NCBI RefSeq assembly: GCF_900187275.1 | Contig: NZ_LT906458.1 | Coordinates: 420,001-452,000, forward strand | Reading direction: 5' to 3' | Origin: Pasteurella multocida | GTDB lineage: Bacteria; Pseudomonadota; Gammaproteobacteria; Enterobacterales; Pasteurellaceae | DNA: 32,000 nucleotides | Program-made: the position numbers and the translations under genes | Shown: piece after piece, positions 19,832 through 28,340 of the stretch | Position numbering within the stretch: the stretch's first letter is position 1 | Layout: every line of letters starts with the position of its first letter | The notes under the pieces: model-generated | Told to the model about the DNA's origin: nothing | The model's input: the letters and a program-made list of their open reading frames with translations, nothing else | The model's database searches: none

Positions 19832-20971
19832 TTATTCGCCTTTTAATACATTGGCAGTTTGGATCGCTAATGCTCGACGTGTTGGGATGATCACGGCAAT
19901 AAATGCCACCAGTAAGGATAACAATATCGTAATTGGGATAACGGGTAAACGCATATCAATATAGGCTTTAAATACAGTGAGTCCAAGAACTTGTGCCAAT
20001 AAATAACCAATCACTAAACCCGTGAAAATAGCACAAATCGCAATAATGAAGGCTTCTGTGCCGATTTGCTGGATAATATCTTGCTTTTTTGCTCCCAAAG
20101 CTTTTTGTAGTGCAAATTCTTTTGCTCTTTCTCCCACAATGGCGATCAATGTGGTGTTTACACAAAGGGTTGCTAGGATCAGGATTACCACAGAAATTAA
20201 GCCCATTAAGCCTTTTATTTTCTCTAAGATTTGCCCCTCTGACGCAGACACCTTACGAATCGGGCGAATTTCTAAATCGGGATATGTTTGTTGCAGTGAG
20301 GTGGCAAATTGTTCCACTTGTCCTTGATCATTTTTGACATTGAGTAAAGCATTAGTGGCTTGCCCTTCTTTTTCTAGCCAATGTTGCGCAAATTCTAAAT
20401 TTACAATCAACATATTATCAGTGGCATCGCCGGCTTCAATGATGGCTTTGATATGGAAACGATGTTTTTCCACCGCATTTTTACTTAAAGTAATGCTATC
20501 GCCAACATTGAGTTGTAAGCGTTCTGCTAGGGTTTTGCCAATCATCGCATTTCGATCATCAAAATTGACGCCAATTTGCGATCCTGTGACTTGCCAATAA
20601 GGAGAAAGGGTTTTCATGTCTTCAAACCACACACCCATAATCACAATTTTTTCCAATTCACTGCGTGTGACACCATACAAATAAGGGCTTGCTGCGGTGA
20701 CTAAGCCGGCTGGTGCTTGGGCTAAAATTTGTTGCAGTTGCTGTTCTTGGATCAGTCCGCGGCTATTTGAGCCAATATAAAAATTGGCACCAAAGGTACG
20801 TAGCTCTTGGCTCATTTTGGTATTGATATCAAAATAGACAGCGGCCATTGCTGTGACAATACTGGCGCCAACAGTGAGTGCGGCAAAAATAATCAAGACG
20901 CGTTGTAAACGTAAGCGTAAGGCACGAAAAACTAAACGCCAGAACATGGACTTGGGTTTATTGGCGACCAT
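19832..20971 (-). CDS. ABC transporter permease, FtsX/MacB type
   Basis: IIFAALTVGASIVTAMAAVYFDINTKMSQEL..., GERAKEFALQKALGAKKQDI motif, C-terminal TMs. Start taken at MVANKPKS; 20947 (MFWRLV) is possible. Confidence 0.88.
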   Translation of the reverse strand: MVANKPKSMFWRLVFRALRLRLQRVLIIFAALTVGASIVTAMAAVYFDINTKMSQELRTFGANFYIGSNSRGLIQEQQLQQILAQAPAGLVTAASPYLYGVTRSELEKIVIMGVWFEDMKTLSPYWQVTGSQIGVNFDDRNAMIGKTLAERLQLNVGDSITLSKNAVEKHRFHIKAIIEAGDATDNMLIVNLEFAQHWLEKEGQATNALLNVKNDQGQVEQFATSLQQTYPDLEIRPIRKVSASEGQILEKIKGLMGLISVVILILATLCVNTTLIAIVGERAKEFALQKALGAKKQDIIQQIGTEAFIIAICAIFTGLVIGYLLAQVLGLTVFKAYIDMRLPVIPITILLSLLVAFIAVIIPTRRALAIQTANVLKGE

Positions 20972-22280
20972 ACAGCACCTCAACAGGGTAGAGATTGGCA
21001 ATCCGATGTGCCGGGAACCAGGTACCAATTAAGGCAATCAAGATAGAGAGCACTAATACACAAGGCACCACTATCCAGGTAAAATCTAAAGGGAGACCAA
21101 AAAGTGTAATACCAATAAATTTTGCTAGTCCCCAACCCGCTAAACATCCTAATATACCACCAAATAATGCGCTAATAGTGGCTTCACAGTAAAAGAGCAG
21201 GACAATCTGCCATTGGTATGCCCCCAACGCTTTCATCAAACCGATCTCTTTACTTCGTTCAATAATTGTACTGGTCATCAAGGAGGCTATCCCCATTGCC
21301 GCAGCAATCACTGCCGCTACGGTGACCACCGCCAATAATAATTGGATTTTTTCAATCACTACGCCTTCAGAGGCCGCGACTTGCCAGATAGGGCGAACAA
21401 TTGCGCCTGAAATCGCCTCTTCTAATTGATGAGCAATAGAGGATACATAAGCCGTACAGTACCAACGATCATATTCTTCAGCATCTAGTCCTTCAACATT
21501 GGCGCGTGCTTTGCGCGAAAGTTCATTTTCTGGCACGGTTAAAGCGGACACTTTAATGGCTTGGATTTTACCTTCGAGTCCAAGTAATTGTTGTACCGCA
21601 CTTAACGGTAGCACCAGTTGTTGTTCTTCGCTGCCACCAGTGGCAAGTATCCCTTTGATTTCTACTGTAAGCTGTTGTTGAAATTCCTCGTCTTGGTAAG
21701 CAAGATGAATCTGTTCACCGGGCTGGAGCGACCAGGTTTTGGCAAGTTGTTCTCCGGCTAAGGCAGGCACGATTGTGCTAAATTGATCCTGTAAATCATT
21801 GACCCACTCACCTTGTACTTTCCAATATGGACTGATAATCTTTTGTCCCGTATGGTAATCTGCTTCATCAGGAATGGCGATCTGACGATCAAAAAATGTG
21901 CCTAAAATCTGAATCGGTTGTAGTGTATTCTGATTAGCTTTTTGTGCTTGTACGTTCGCACTTAGTAACGGCGCAAAGCCGACAATGTTATTTCGCCAAA
22001 AAATGTTTTTTACATTAGGTAATTCTTTTTCATCAAGAAAGTCTTGGCTAGTTAATGAACTGGTGCCATTCACATCCTCGGGTAAAATCGCACGGCTAGC
22101 GGGTTCAATTAAAATATTGGCACCATAGGATTTTAATTCGCGCGCCATTTTGTCACCGATATCAATGGAAACCGCGAGGAGTGCGGAGACTAAACCTGCG
22201 GCAAGAAAAAGAGTTATGATTGCGAGAAGTTTGCGTTTTAAACCAAAGCGCCAAGATTGATATAACATTCTGGCTAACAT
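20958..22280 (-). CDS. ABC transporter permease, FtsX/MacB type
   Basis: IIERSKEIGLMKALGAYQWQIVLLFYCEA, AEFY-like 4-TM layout, VEVLYG C-terminus. Confidence 0.88.
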   Translation of the reverse strand: MLARMLYQSWRFGLKRKLLAIITLFLAAGLVSALLAVSIDIGDKMARELKSYGANILIEPASRAILPEDVNGTSSLTSQDFLDEKELPNVKNIFWRNNIVGFAPLLSANVQAQKANQNTLQPIQILGTFFDRQIAIPDEADYHTGQKIISPYWKVQGEWVNDLQDQFSTIVPALAGEQLAKTWSLQPGEQIHLAYQDEEFQQQLTVEIKGILATGGSEEQQLVLPLSAVQQLLGLEGKIQAIKVSALTVPENELSRKARANVEGLDAEEYDRWYCTAYVSSIAHQLEEAISGAIVRPIWQVAASEGVVIEKIQLLLAVVTVAAVIAAAMGIASLMTSTIIERSKEIGLMKALGAYQWQIVLLFYCEATISALFGGILGCLAGWGLAKFIGITLFGLPLDFTWIVVPCVLVLSILIALIGTWFPAHRIANLYPVEVLYGRQ

Positions 22281-23677
22281 TACTTGCCTCCTTCTGCATT
22301 GAGGTAATTTTCTGGGGCATCTCGGAATAAATGAAGATTTTTTTCCGTAGCAAAGAAATACGTTTTGCCTTCGTAACTGTATTTGTGCTCAGTACGGGTA
22401 TTCTTCAGCTGACTGTGATCCACAGGATCGATCACGTCAATCTCAACGACAGTTGAAAAATAATGTAAGCCGTCTTCTAAGCTTTTTTTGTGAATAATCA
22501 CCTGAGTGTCCGTTTGTTGCCAATTTTCAATCGGAACAGGATTACAACCACCGGGTTTACCGATAGACGGAATAAACATTCTGACACCGCAACCTACGCA
22601 AATCACTTGATCGCCTTCCATGACATAACCCTGATCGCCACAAAGAATACAGGCATCAAAGACCGCGGCTAGACTTAAACGGTCAGGCAGGCGGTTAATT
22701 AAAAAAAAGCGTACTGCTTTTCCGTCATCTGCTATCCATACAAAGCGATGTAATTTGCCGTCTTTTACTTGTTCGATAGGGATATAAACTTGGTTCTTGT
22801 CATCCATATGTACAGGGATGGCTTCGGATAAGCGAGGCGGTTGAGAAGCCACTTTATCCCAGTAAAGTTGTGCCGTGAAAATGAACAATACGCAAACGCC
22901 TCCCCATTGTAAGAGACGGGATGACGTCAGTAGCGTGGCACGTTTTTTGCGTTTTTCAATTGGGTGTGTTTCTTGTTCTACGGCATGTTGACGAGCTAAA
23001 TGGACGCGGAACCAGAAACTCAGCATGATAATCAGTAAAATAGCACTTTGGAGATAATTAAAGAAATTGGTGAGGTTGCCAGCTTTCGCAACAAAGCTAA
23101 GCCTTGCTTTGGTTAAGTCGAGCAGTTGGAGTTTCATTAAACTTAACAGCAGCTCAGCGCTCTGTGGTATCAGTAATAAAATCACTATCAGGTAAGTGAG
23201 GAGAGGAGCAAGTGCGGTCAGTTTGTGTTGAATTTTACTTTGTTGTAATAAAAGACTGAGCCAGCTTGCGACAAAAATGGCAAGTAAAATCGCTAAGATG
23301 ATCGCACTGCTGTGTAAGATAAAATCGGTATTGATGACGTCGGTGTGTGTGATAGCGGACAGATTGGGATCTTTACCCCATAAAAGTCCTGCGATAAAGC
23401 TTAACAGGACGTGCCAAAAAGAGGTTAATGTTTTGTTATGCCAATATTGGCTGAGACAGAATAAAAGTAGGCTAGTGATAATCCACGCACTGAGCACTAA
23501 ATTAATGCGCTGGCTTTTTGGTAAATAGATGCTCAGAATTGCCCCAGCTACGAAACAAAGTAGCGCTAGCCACAGGCGTGATTTCATGTTCACTTGCGGA
23601 TGGTAGGACCACGCACAGCCAAGCAAGAGGGCAAAAGGCAGAAGCGTTTGCAGTAAAGACGTAAAAAAGTAATTCAT
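22280..23677 (-). CDS. Fe-S membrane protein with DUF2318-type domain
   Basis: Multi-TM N-terminus; cysteine cluster CILCGDQGYVMEGDQVICVGCGVRMFIPSIGKPGGCNPVPI. Confidence 0.85.
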   Translation of the reverse strand: MNYFFTSLLQTLLPFALLLGCAWSYHPQVNMKSRLWLALLCFVAGAILSIYLPKSQRINLVLSAWIITSLLLFCLSQYWHNKTLTSFWHVLLSFIAGLLWGKDPNLSAITHTDVINTDFILHSSAIILAILLAIFVASWLSLLLQQSKIQHKLTALAPLLTYLIVILLLIPQSAELLLSLMKLQLLDLTKARLSFVAKAGNLTNFFNYLQSAILLIIMLSFWFRVHLARQHAVEQETHPIEKRKKRATLLTSSRLLQWGGVCVLFIFTAQLYWDKVASQPPRLSEAIPVHMDDKNQVYIPIEQVKDGKLHRFVWIADDGKAVRFFLINRLPDRLSLAAVFDACILCGDQGYVMEGDQVICVGCGVRMFIPSIGKPGGCNPVPIENWQQTDTQVIIHKKSLEDGLHYFSTVVEIDVIDPVDHSQLKNTRTEHKYSYEGKTYFFATEKNLHLFRDAPENYLNAEGGK

Positions 23678-23715
23678 AAGTTGTCCGCAATGCTGTGATA
23701 GTTGATTAGATACGA

Positions 23716-23834
23716 TAAGGCATAACTTTTGTTTGCCTTAAAATGCTACTATTTCCAATCGCACTTTGTCAGAAAAGCCACGATTGGAAATAGTGTATCG
23801 AAAATTGGTGTAAAGGTGCGTTTTTACGCACCTT
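23716..23834. other. Three consecutive perfect hairpins between the P19 gene and the DUF2318 gene
   Basis: TAAGGCA/TGCCTTA (23716-23722/23734-23740); ACTATTTCCAATCG/CGATTGGAAATAGT (23748-23761/23781-23794); AAGGTGCG/CGCACCTT (23813-23820/23827-23834). Confidence 0.8.
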
Positions 23835-23842
23835 AAAGCGAC

Positions 23843-24364
23843 TTAGTTCAAGCCGGTATATTTGAATTCATAACTGACATCAAATGGTTTCCACCAACGA
23901 CCCACACCAGTTTCTTCATCGGTATGACGGTGCATCCCCGCTTTTGGTGGCGGCTCAATATGGTAAGTTAATTTATAGTTGCCTACGCCCATCATTTTGA
24001 TATTTAAGCCATAGTGTGGACCATCAGCCGCAACCATCGGCATAAAGGTACCTTCTTGTTTCTCACCAGTATCAGTATTGACTAAAGTATAGTTAATGGT
24101 GAGATATGGCATCCATTCTCCTTCACCAAAACCATTCACGTTACCTTTAATCGCATGAATATCTGCTTCTAAGTGAATATCAGATTTGGCTGCTGGCAGC
24201 CCCATACCACGCGGTTCCATGTCAACGGGCTGCAAATATACGGCTGCAATTTCCATACCGTTCATTTCAATAGGCTCACCAATTGGATATTCTTTAAATG
24301 CCAGCGCGGATGGTGCAGCTAAAATGCTGGCGAGTAAAGTGGTGGCTAAGAGTACTTTTTTCAT
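23843..24364 (-). CDS. Periplasmic iron-uptake-associated protein P19/Tpd (FetP) family
   Basis: MKKVLLATTLLASILAAPSALAFKEYPIGEPIEMNGMEIAAVYLQPVDMEPRGMGLPAAKSDIHLEADIHA...PPPKAGMHRHTDEETGVGRWWKPF. Confidence 0.93.
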   Translation of the reverse strand: MKKVLLATTLLASILAAPSALAFKEYPIGEPIEMNGMEIAAVYLQPVDMEPRGMGLPAAKSDIHLEADIHAIKGNVNGFGEGEWMPYLTINYTLVNTDTGEKQEGTFMPMVAADGPHYGLNIKMMGVGNYKLTYHIEPPPKAGMHRHTDEETGVGRWWKPFDVSYEFKYTGLN

Positions 24365-24403
24365 ACTTAATCTCCTCTGACTATTTAAGTATAGATTGTG
24401 AAA

Positions 24404-26308
24404 CTAAACTGCTTTGCGGTTCTGATATTTCATATAGAACAGGGCAAAAAGGGCTGCAATAAGTAATATCACTTGTGGTATCAAGGTTTCTAGGTAAGGA
24501 TAAATACCTAACCAACTGATCTCGGGTGCACCCACAATTAAAGTTGGTTCAAAAAGTTTACCTTCAATTAACTCTAATACGCTCTTGCCGGCAAAAACAA
24601 AGGCCATCAGATACATAAAGGTGCCAGTAAACATAAAGAAGGGTTTTAATGGCAGCTTCACCACGGTATAGCGCATAATCAAATAACAGACGGTGAGAAT
24701 GACTATGCCCACTACCAACCCTGCGAAAAGGTAGAGATAACTGACCGCACTTGTGGCATCAGCAACCAACGCGTAGTAGAACAATACAGTTTCCGCCCCT
24801 TCACGATAGACAGCGAGAAAACTGGTGAGCCATAGCCCAATCAATGAACCCGTTGTGAGTGCGCTAGACAATTTGCCTTCTAAATAACGTTGCCAATTTT
24901 GCGCTTCTACTTTGGATAATAGCCAGTAGCTCATCATAAATAACATCACTACAGCGATCATCATTGTAAAACCCTCTAGCAGCTCTCGACTGGCGCCTGC
25001 ATTAGCAAACACGAATTGAAAAATCACGGCGGTAATCAGGCTAGCGATCAAGGCAACATAGACAGATTGGCGAATAACGGGGAGCTTATCTTGATGTTGG
25101 TTTTTGATCAGATAAGTCACAATCGCAGCAACAATGAGCAAGGCTTCTAACCCTTCACGTAGAATAATTAACAGGCTATAAAGGAACATTGACCAATGAC
25201 TTTGTTTTCCTCCTTGTAACATCTCGACACTTTTGCTTAAGCCTTGAGCGAGCTGATTTGCTTGTTGTTGTAGTTGATCGGAGGAGGCATTGGCTTTGAT
25301 CAAACTTACTAAACGGGTGAAATAGCCTTCGAGTTCAGCTTTCATATTGCTGTCCCGTGCGCCTATTTTGTTTTCCATCCCACTGCTTTCGAAGACATCA
25401 AAATAGGTATCTTGTACAGCAAGCATTGCTTTTTTCTGTTCACCTTGTTGATATAAGTTCATCGCTTGTTGAATGCGTTGATTAATCTCATTCGTTACTT
25501 TCTGCCAGTCTTGATCGGGCGTATTGTCTGTTGAGTTGACTTGTGCTTGCACCACTTGTGTTTCACGCGTAGTCGGAAGATTTGGTAGCTGTTCTTCAAT
25601 CTCTTGTAACAACAACGTGATTTGGTAGCCTAAGTTATTGAGCTGATCCGGTTTTTCGCTAAGACGAATGAGATCATAAAATTGTTGATTAATGCTAGCT
25701 GAAATGGAGGCAGAACGATTTTGACGAATAGCCATTTCCATTTCAGCATTTTTAAAACCATCGTATTGTGCTTGCTGAACCCATTTTTTCGCTTGAGCAA
25801 ATTCGCCCTGTTCATAAGCACTGATCGCTTGGGCAAGCAGATCATCAATAATTTTAAAACTTTGTTGCCAGTGTTGGGCAATAGTTTGATTGCTATACAC
25901 GTCATGTTGGGCAGAGGCATTGAGTTGGTGTCCGTCCGTTAATACAGGTAATACTTCTTGCAGTTCGGATTTGAGACCATTGATTTTTGTTTGTATTGCT
26001 TCTAATGAAACACCTTCACCAATCATTTTGCGAATTTCAGCAAACGTCGCTTCCATTTGGTAACTTTTTTGTGCTGAGAAATTAATACGAATCGGACCTT
26101 CTAAGTTCTCGAACACTTCAAAATACGCCATTTGCACTTCCGTACGTGCTTCGTCAGCTTGACCTTGTTGATATAGATGCGCCGTTTTGTCTAAACGATG
26201 TTCAATGTCTTGAATCCACTCGGCATAATTGTCTTTAGCTTGTGTGAAGGCACAGAAAAACACGCTGAAAATGAGCACTAAATATCGAAGTTGTTTAACG
26301 TAAAACAT
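24404..26308 (-). CDS. Ftr1-family (FetM/EfeU-like) high-affinity iron permease with long periplasmic N-terminal region
   Basis: Two REGxE motifs (REGLEALLIVAAI, REGAETVLFYYALV), 7-TM C-terminus, signal peptide. ATG at 26308 preceded by GGGTGAG; upstream M in track is a TTG. Confidence 0.93.
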   Translation of the reverse strand: MFYVKQLRYLVLIFSVFFCAFTQAKDNYAEWIQDIEHRLDKTAHLYQQGQADEARTEVQMAYFEVFENLEGPIRINFSAQKSYQMEATFAEIRKMIGEGVSLEAIQTKINGLKSELQEVLPVLTDGHQLNASAQHDVYSNQTIAQHWQQSFKIIDDLLAQAISAYEQGEFAQAKKWVQQAQYDGFKNAEMEMAIRQNRSASISASINQQFYDLIRLSEKPDQLNNLGYQITLLLQEIEEQLPNLPTTRETQVVQAQVNSTDNTPDQDWQKVTNEINQRIQQAMNLYQQGEQKKAMLAVQDTYFDVFESSGMENKIGARDSNMKAELEGYFTRLVSLIKANASSDQLQQQANQLAQGLSKSVEMLQGGKQSHWSMFLYSLLIILREGLEALLIVAAIVTYLIKNQHQDKLPVIRQSVYVALIASLITAVIFQFVFANAGASRELLEGFTMMIAVVMLFMMSYWLLSKVEAQNWQRYLEGKLSSALTTGSLIGLWLTSFLAVYREGAETVLFYYALVADATSAVSYLYLFAGLVVGIVILTVCYLIMRYTVVKLPLKPFFMFTGTFMYLMAFVFAGKSVLELIEGKLFEPTLIVGAPEISWLGIYPYLETLIPQVILLIAALFALFYMKYQNRKAV

Positions 26309-26322
26309 ACACTCACCCAAAT

Positions 26323-26337
26323 GATAGTGATTATTAT
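26323..26337. promoter_or_regulatory. Candidate Fur box upstream of Ftr1 permease gene
   Basis: TGATAGTGATTATTA vs 7-1-7 consensus TGATAATGATTATCA: 13/15 matches. Confidence 0.6.
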
Positions 26338-26574
26338 ATTCGTTAGTATGATTATCCTCTTATCGTTTTTTTTCGCAACAAGAAATCCTGCTTTGATGAT
26401 AAAAATGTGATAAAAAGCACAAATTTTATTACAAATATGCAGGGTATTTTTCAAAGTCGTTGGGGTAATGGAATACTGTGATGTGAGTCACGAAATCAAC
26501 AATGCCAGCTGTTTATTTAGGGCGGTGCATTGCATAATGAGAGAAATATGACCATGAGTTCAGTGAGGAAAACG

Positions 26575-27279
26575 ATGAAAAACATGTTATTAATGAGCGG
26601 TTCGAAATATCAAAATACAGACTATTTAGTGCATACGTTGCCTTGGCTACAGGATTTTTTGGCAGACTATCAAGGGAAAACCGTTGCTTTTGTACCTTAT
26701 GCTGGAGTTCGTCAAAGTTATGATGAGTACGAATTAAAAGTCCAAAAAGCATTAGCTGAATTAAATGTGGCGATTCTTTCGGTTCACCGTGCAGAAAAAC
26801 ATGCAGAAATCATTGAAAAAGCGGATGTTATTGCGATTGGGGGAGGTAATACGTTTTGTTTATTAAAAGGCATGTATGAACATCATTTATTGCCATTGAT
26901 TCGCGAAAAAGTTCAGTCGGGTACACCGTATTTTGGTTGGAGTGCGGGGGCAAATGTGGCAGGTCGCTCTATTATGACCACCAATGATATGCCGATTACT
27001 TATCCGCCATCTTTTGACGCTTTAAATTTATTTCCACACCAACTAAATCCGCATTTTATTTCGGGCAAACCTGCTGGGCATAATGGAGAAAGTCGCGAAG
27101 AACGCTTAGCGGAATTCTTAATTGTCAACCCAACTGCCAACGTCTATGCCTTGCCAGAAGGAACCGCACTGCATATTCAAGGTCAGCAAGCGCGTGTATT
27201 GGGTCAACATGATGTGTTATTGTTCAGTGAAAATATGCAATTAGCGACCTTGCCGGTGAATAGCGTATTTGATTATTAA
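26575..27279 (+). CDS. pepE: Dipeptidase E (alpha-aspartyl dipeptidase, peptidase S51)
   Basis: [49 protein letters not shown] nucleophile motif, LNPHFI. Confidence 0.93.
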   Translation: MKNMLLMSGSKYQNTDYLVHTLPWLQDFLADYQGKTVAFVPYAGVRQSYDEYELKVQKALAELNVAILSVHRAEKHAEIIEKADVIAIGGGNTFCLLKGMYEHHLLPLIREKVQSGTPYFGWSAGANVAGRSIMTTNDMPITYPPSFDALNLFPHQLNPHFISGKPAGHNGESREERLAEFLIVNPTANVYALPEGTALHIQGQQARVLGQHDVLLFSENMQLATLPVNSVFDY

Positions 27280-27375
27280 TCTCGCTTTCTGGTCTTTTTG
27301 TGAACTTTGTTTGGTGAAAAGATCAGAAAGACTTATAATCTGTACTGCTTTTTGATTAATAAGAGAGAGAACAAA

Positions 27376-28266
27376 ATGACAGCGCAAAGTGGCGTATTAT
27401 TAGAGCATTGCAAAGCTGCAATTTATTTAGAAGCAAACATCACGGATCTGACGGTGATTCCTGAAGCAAGTCGTCAATTCTGTGACAAATTAGCACAATT
27501 ACAACAAACCTATCCTGATGCTAGACTAGGCGCGGTTGTTGCCTTTGGCGATAGGGTGTGGAAACAATTAGCAGGAGAGAACAGTGCAAAAGAGCTCAAA
27601 CCTTTTGTGACATTAGGTAAAGGTGATGCCTCCGCACCTGCCACCCAATGGGATCTGTTGATTCATATTCAATCTTTACGTCCTGATGTGAATTTTTCTG
27701 TCGCCTTAGCCGCGATGAACTGCTTTGGTAAAGCGATTCAGGTTGAGCAAGAAATTCATGGTTTTCGCTGGGTAGAAGAACGTGATTTTACTGGTTTTAT
27801 TGATGGTACAGAAAATCCACAAGCAACAAAACGCGCAGAGGTCGCACTCATTGCACAAGGTGACGATACGGATGGAAGTTATGTCTTTACACAACGCTAT
27901 GAGCATAATTTAACCAAATGGGAAAAGCTTACTACTGCGAAGCAGGAAATGGTAATTGGGCGGACTAAGCCGGACAGTATTGAGTTAGAAAATAAAGTGG
28001 ATACCTCACATGTAGGGCGAACTGATCTAAAAGAAAATGGTGTGGGATTAAAAATTTTACGTCATAGTTTACCTTATGGTAAAGCCAGTGAGAAACACGG
28101 TTTATTCTTTGTTGCTTACTGTGCAACCCTGTATAACATTGAGCAACAGTTACTCAATATGTTTGGTGAAAAAGACGGTAAAACCGATCGTTTACTAGGC
28201 TTTACTAAAGCAGTAACCGGGAGCTATTATTTTGCGCCGTCATTAGAGAAATTAAAAACTCTCTAA
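27376..28266 (+). CDS. DyP-type haem peroxidase (YfeX-like), cytoplasmic
   Basis: [24 protein letters not shown] (GXXDG motif), [30 protein letters not shown]; no signal peptide. Confidence 0.92.
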   Translation: MTAQSGVLLEHCKAAIYLEANITDLTVIPEASRQFCDKLAQLQQTYPDARLGAVVAFGDRVWKQLAGENSAKELKPFVTLGKGDASAPATQWDLLIHIQSLRPDVNFSVALAAMNCFGKAIQVEQEIHGFRWVEERDFTGFIDGTENPQATKRAEVALIAQGDDTDGSYVFTQRYEHNLTKWEKLTTAKQEMVIGRTKPDSIELENKVDTSHVGRTDLKENGVGLKILRHSLPYGKASEKHGLFFVAYCATLYNIEQQLLNMFGEKDGKTDRLLGFTKAVTGSYYFAPSLEKLKTL

Positions 28267-28283
28267 TCTTCATATTCACTTAG

Positions 28284-28324
28284 AAAAGTGCAGTCAAAAA
28301 AGCAAAAAAATTGACCGCACTTTT
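28284..28324. terminator. Bidirectional terminator built from an inverted pair of uptake-sequence-like arms
   Basis: AAAAGTGCAGTCAA (28284-28297) vs TTGACCGCACTTTT (28311-28324), 13/14 complementary, between convergent peroxidase gene and mrcB. Confidence 0.82.
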
Positions 28325-28340
28325 TATTTATGCTGTTTGC

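Noticed and set aside
19968-20600. Cluster of small ORFs on both strands over the permease gene
   Set aside because: Out-of-frame shadows of the FtsX-type permease.
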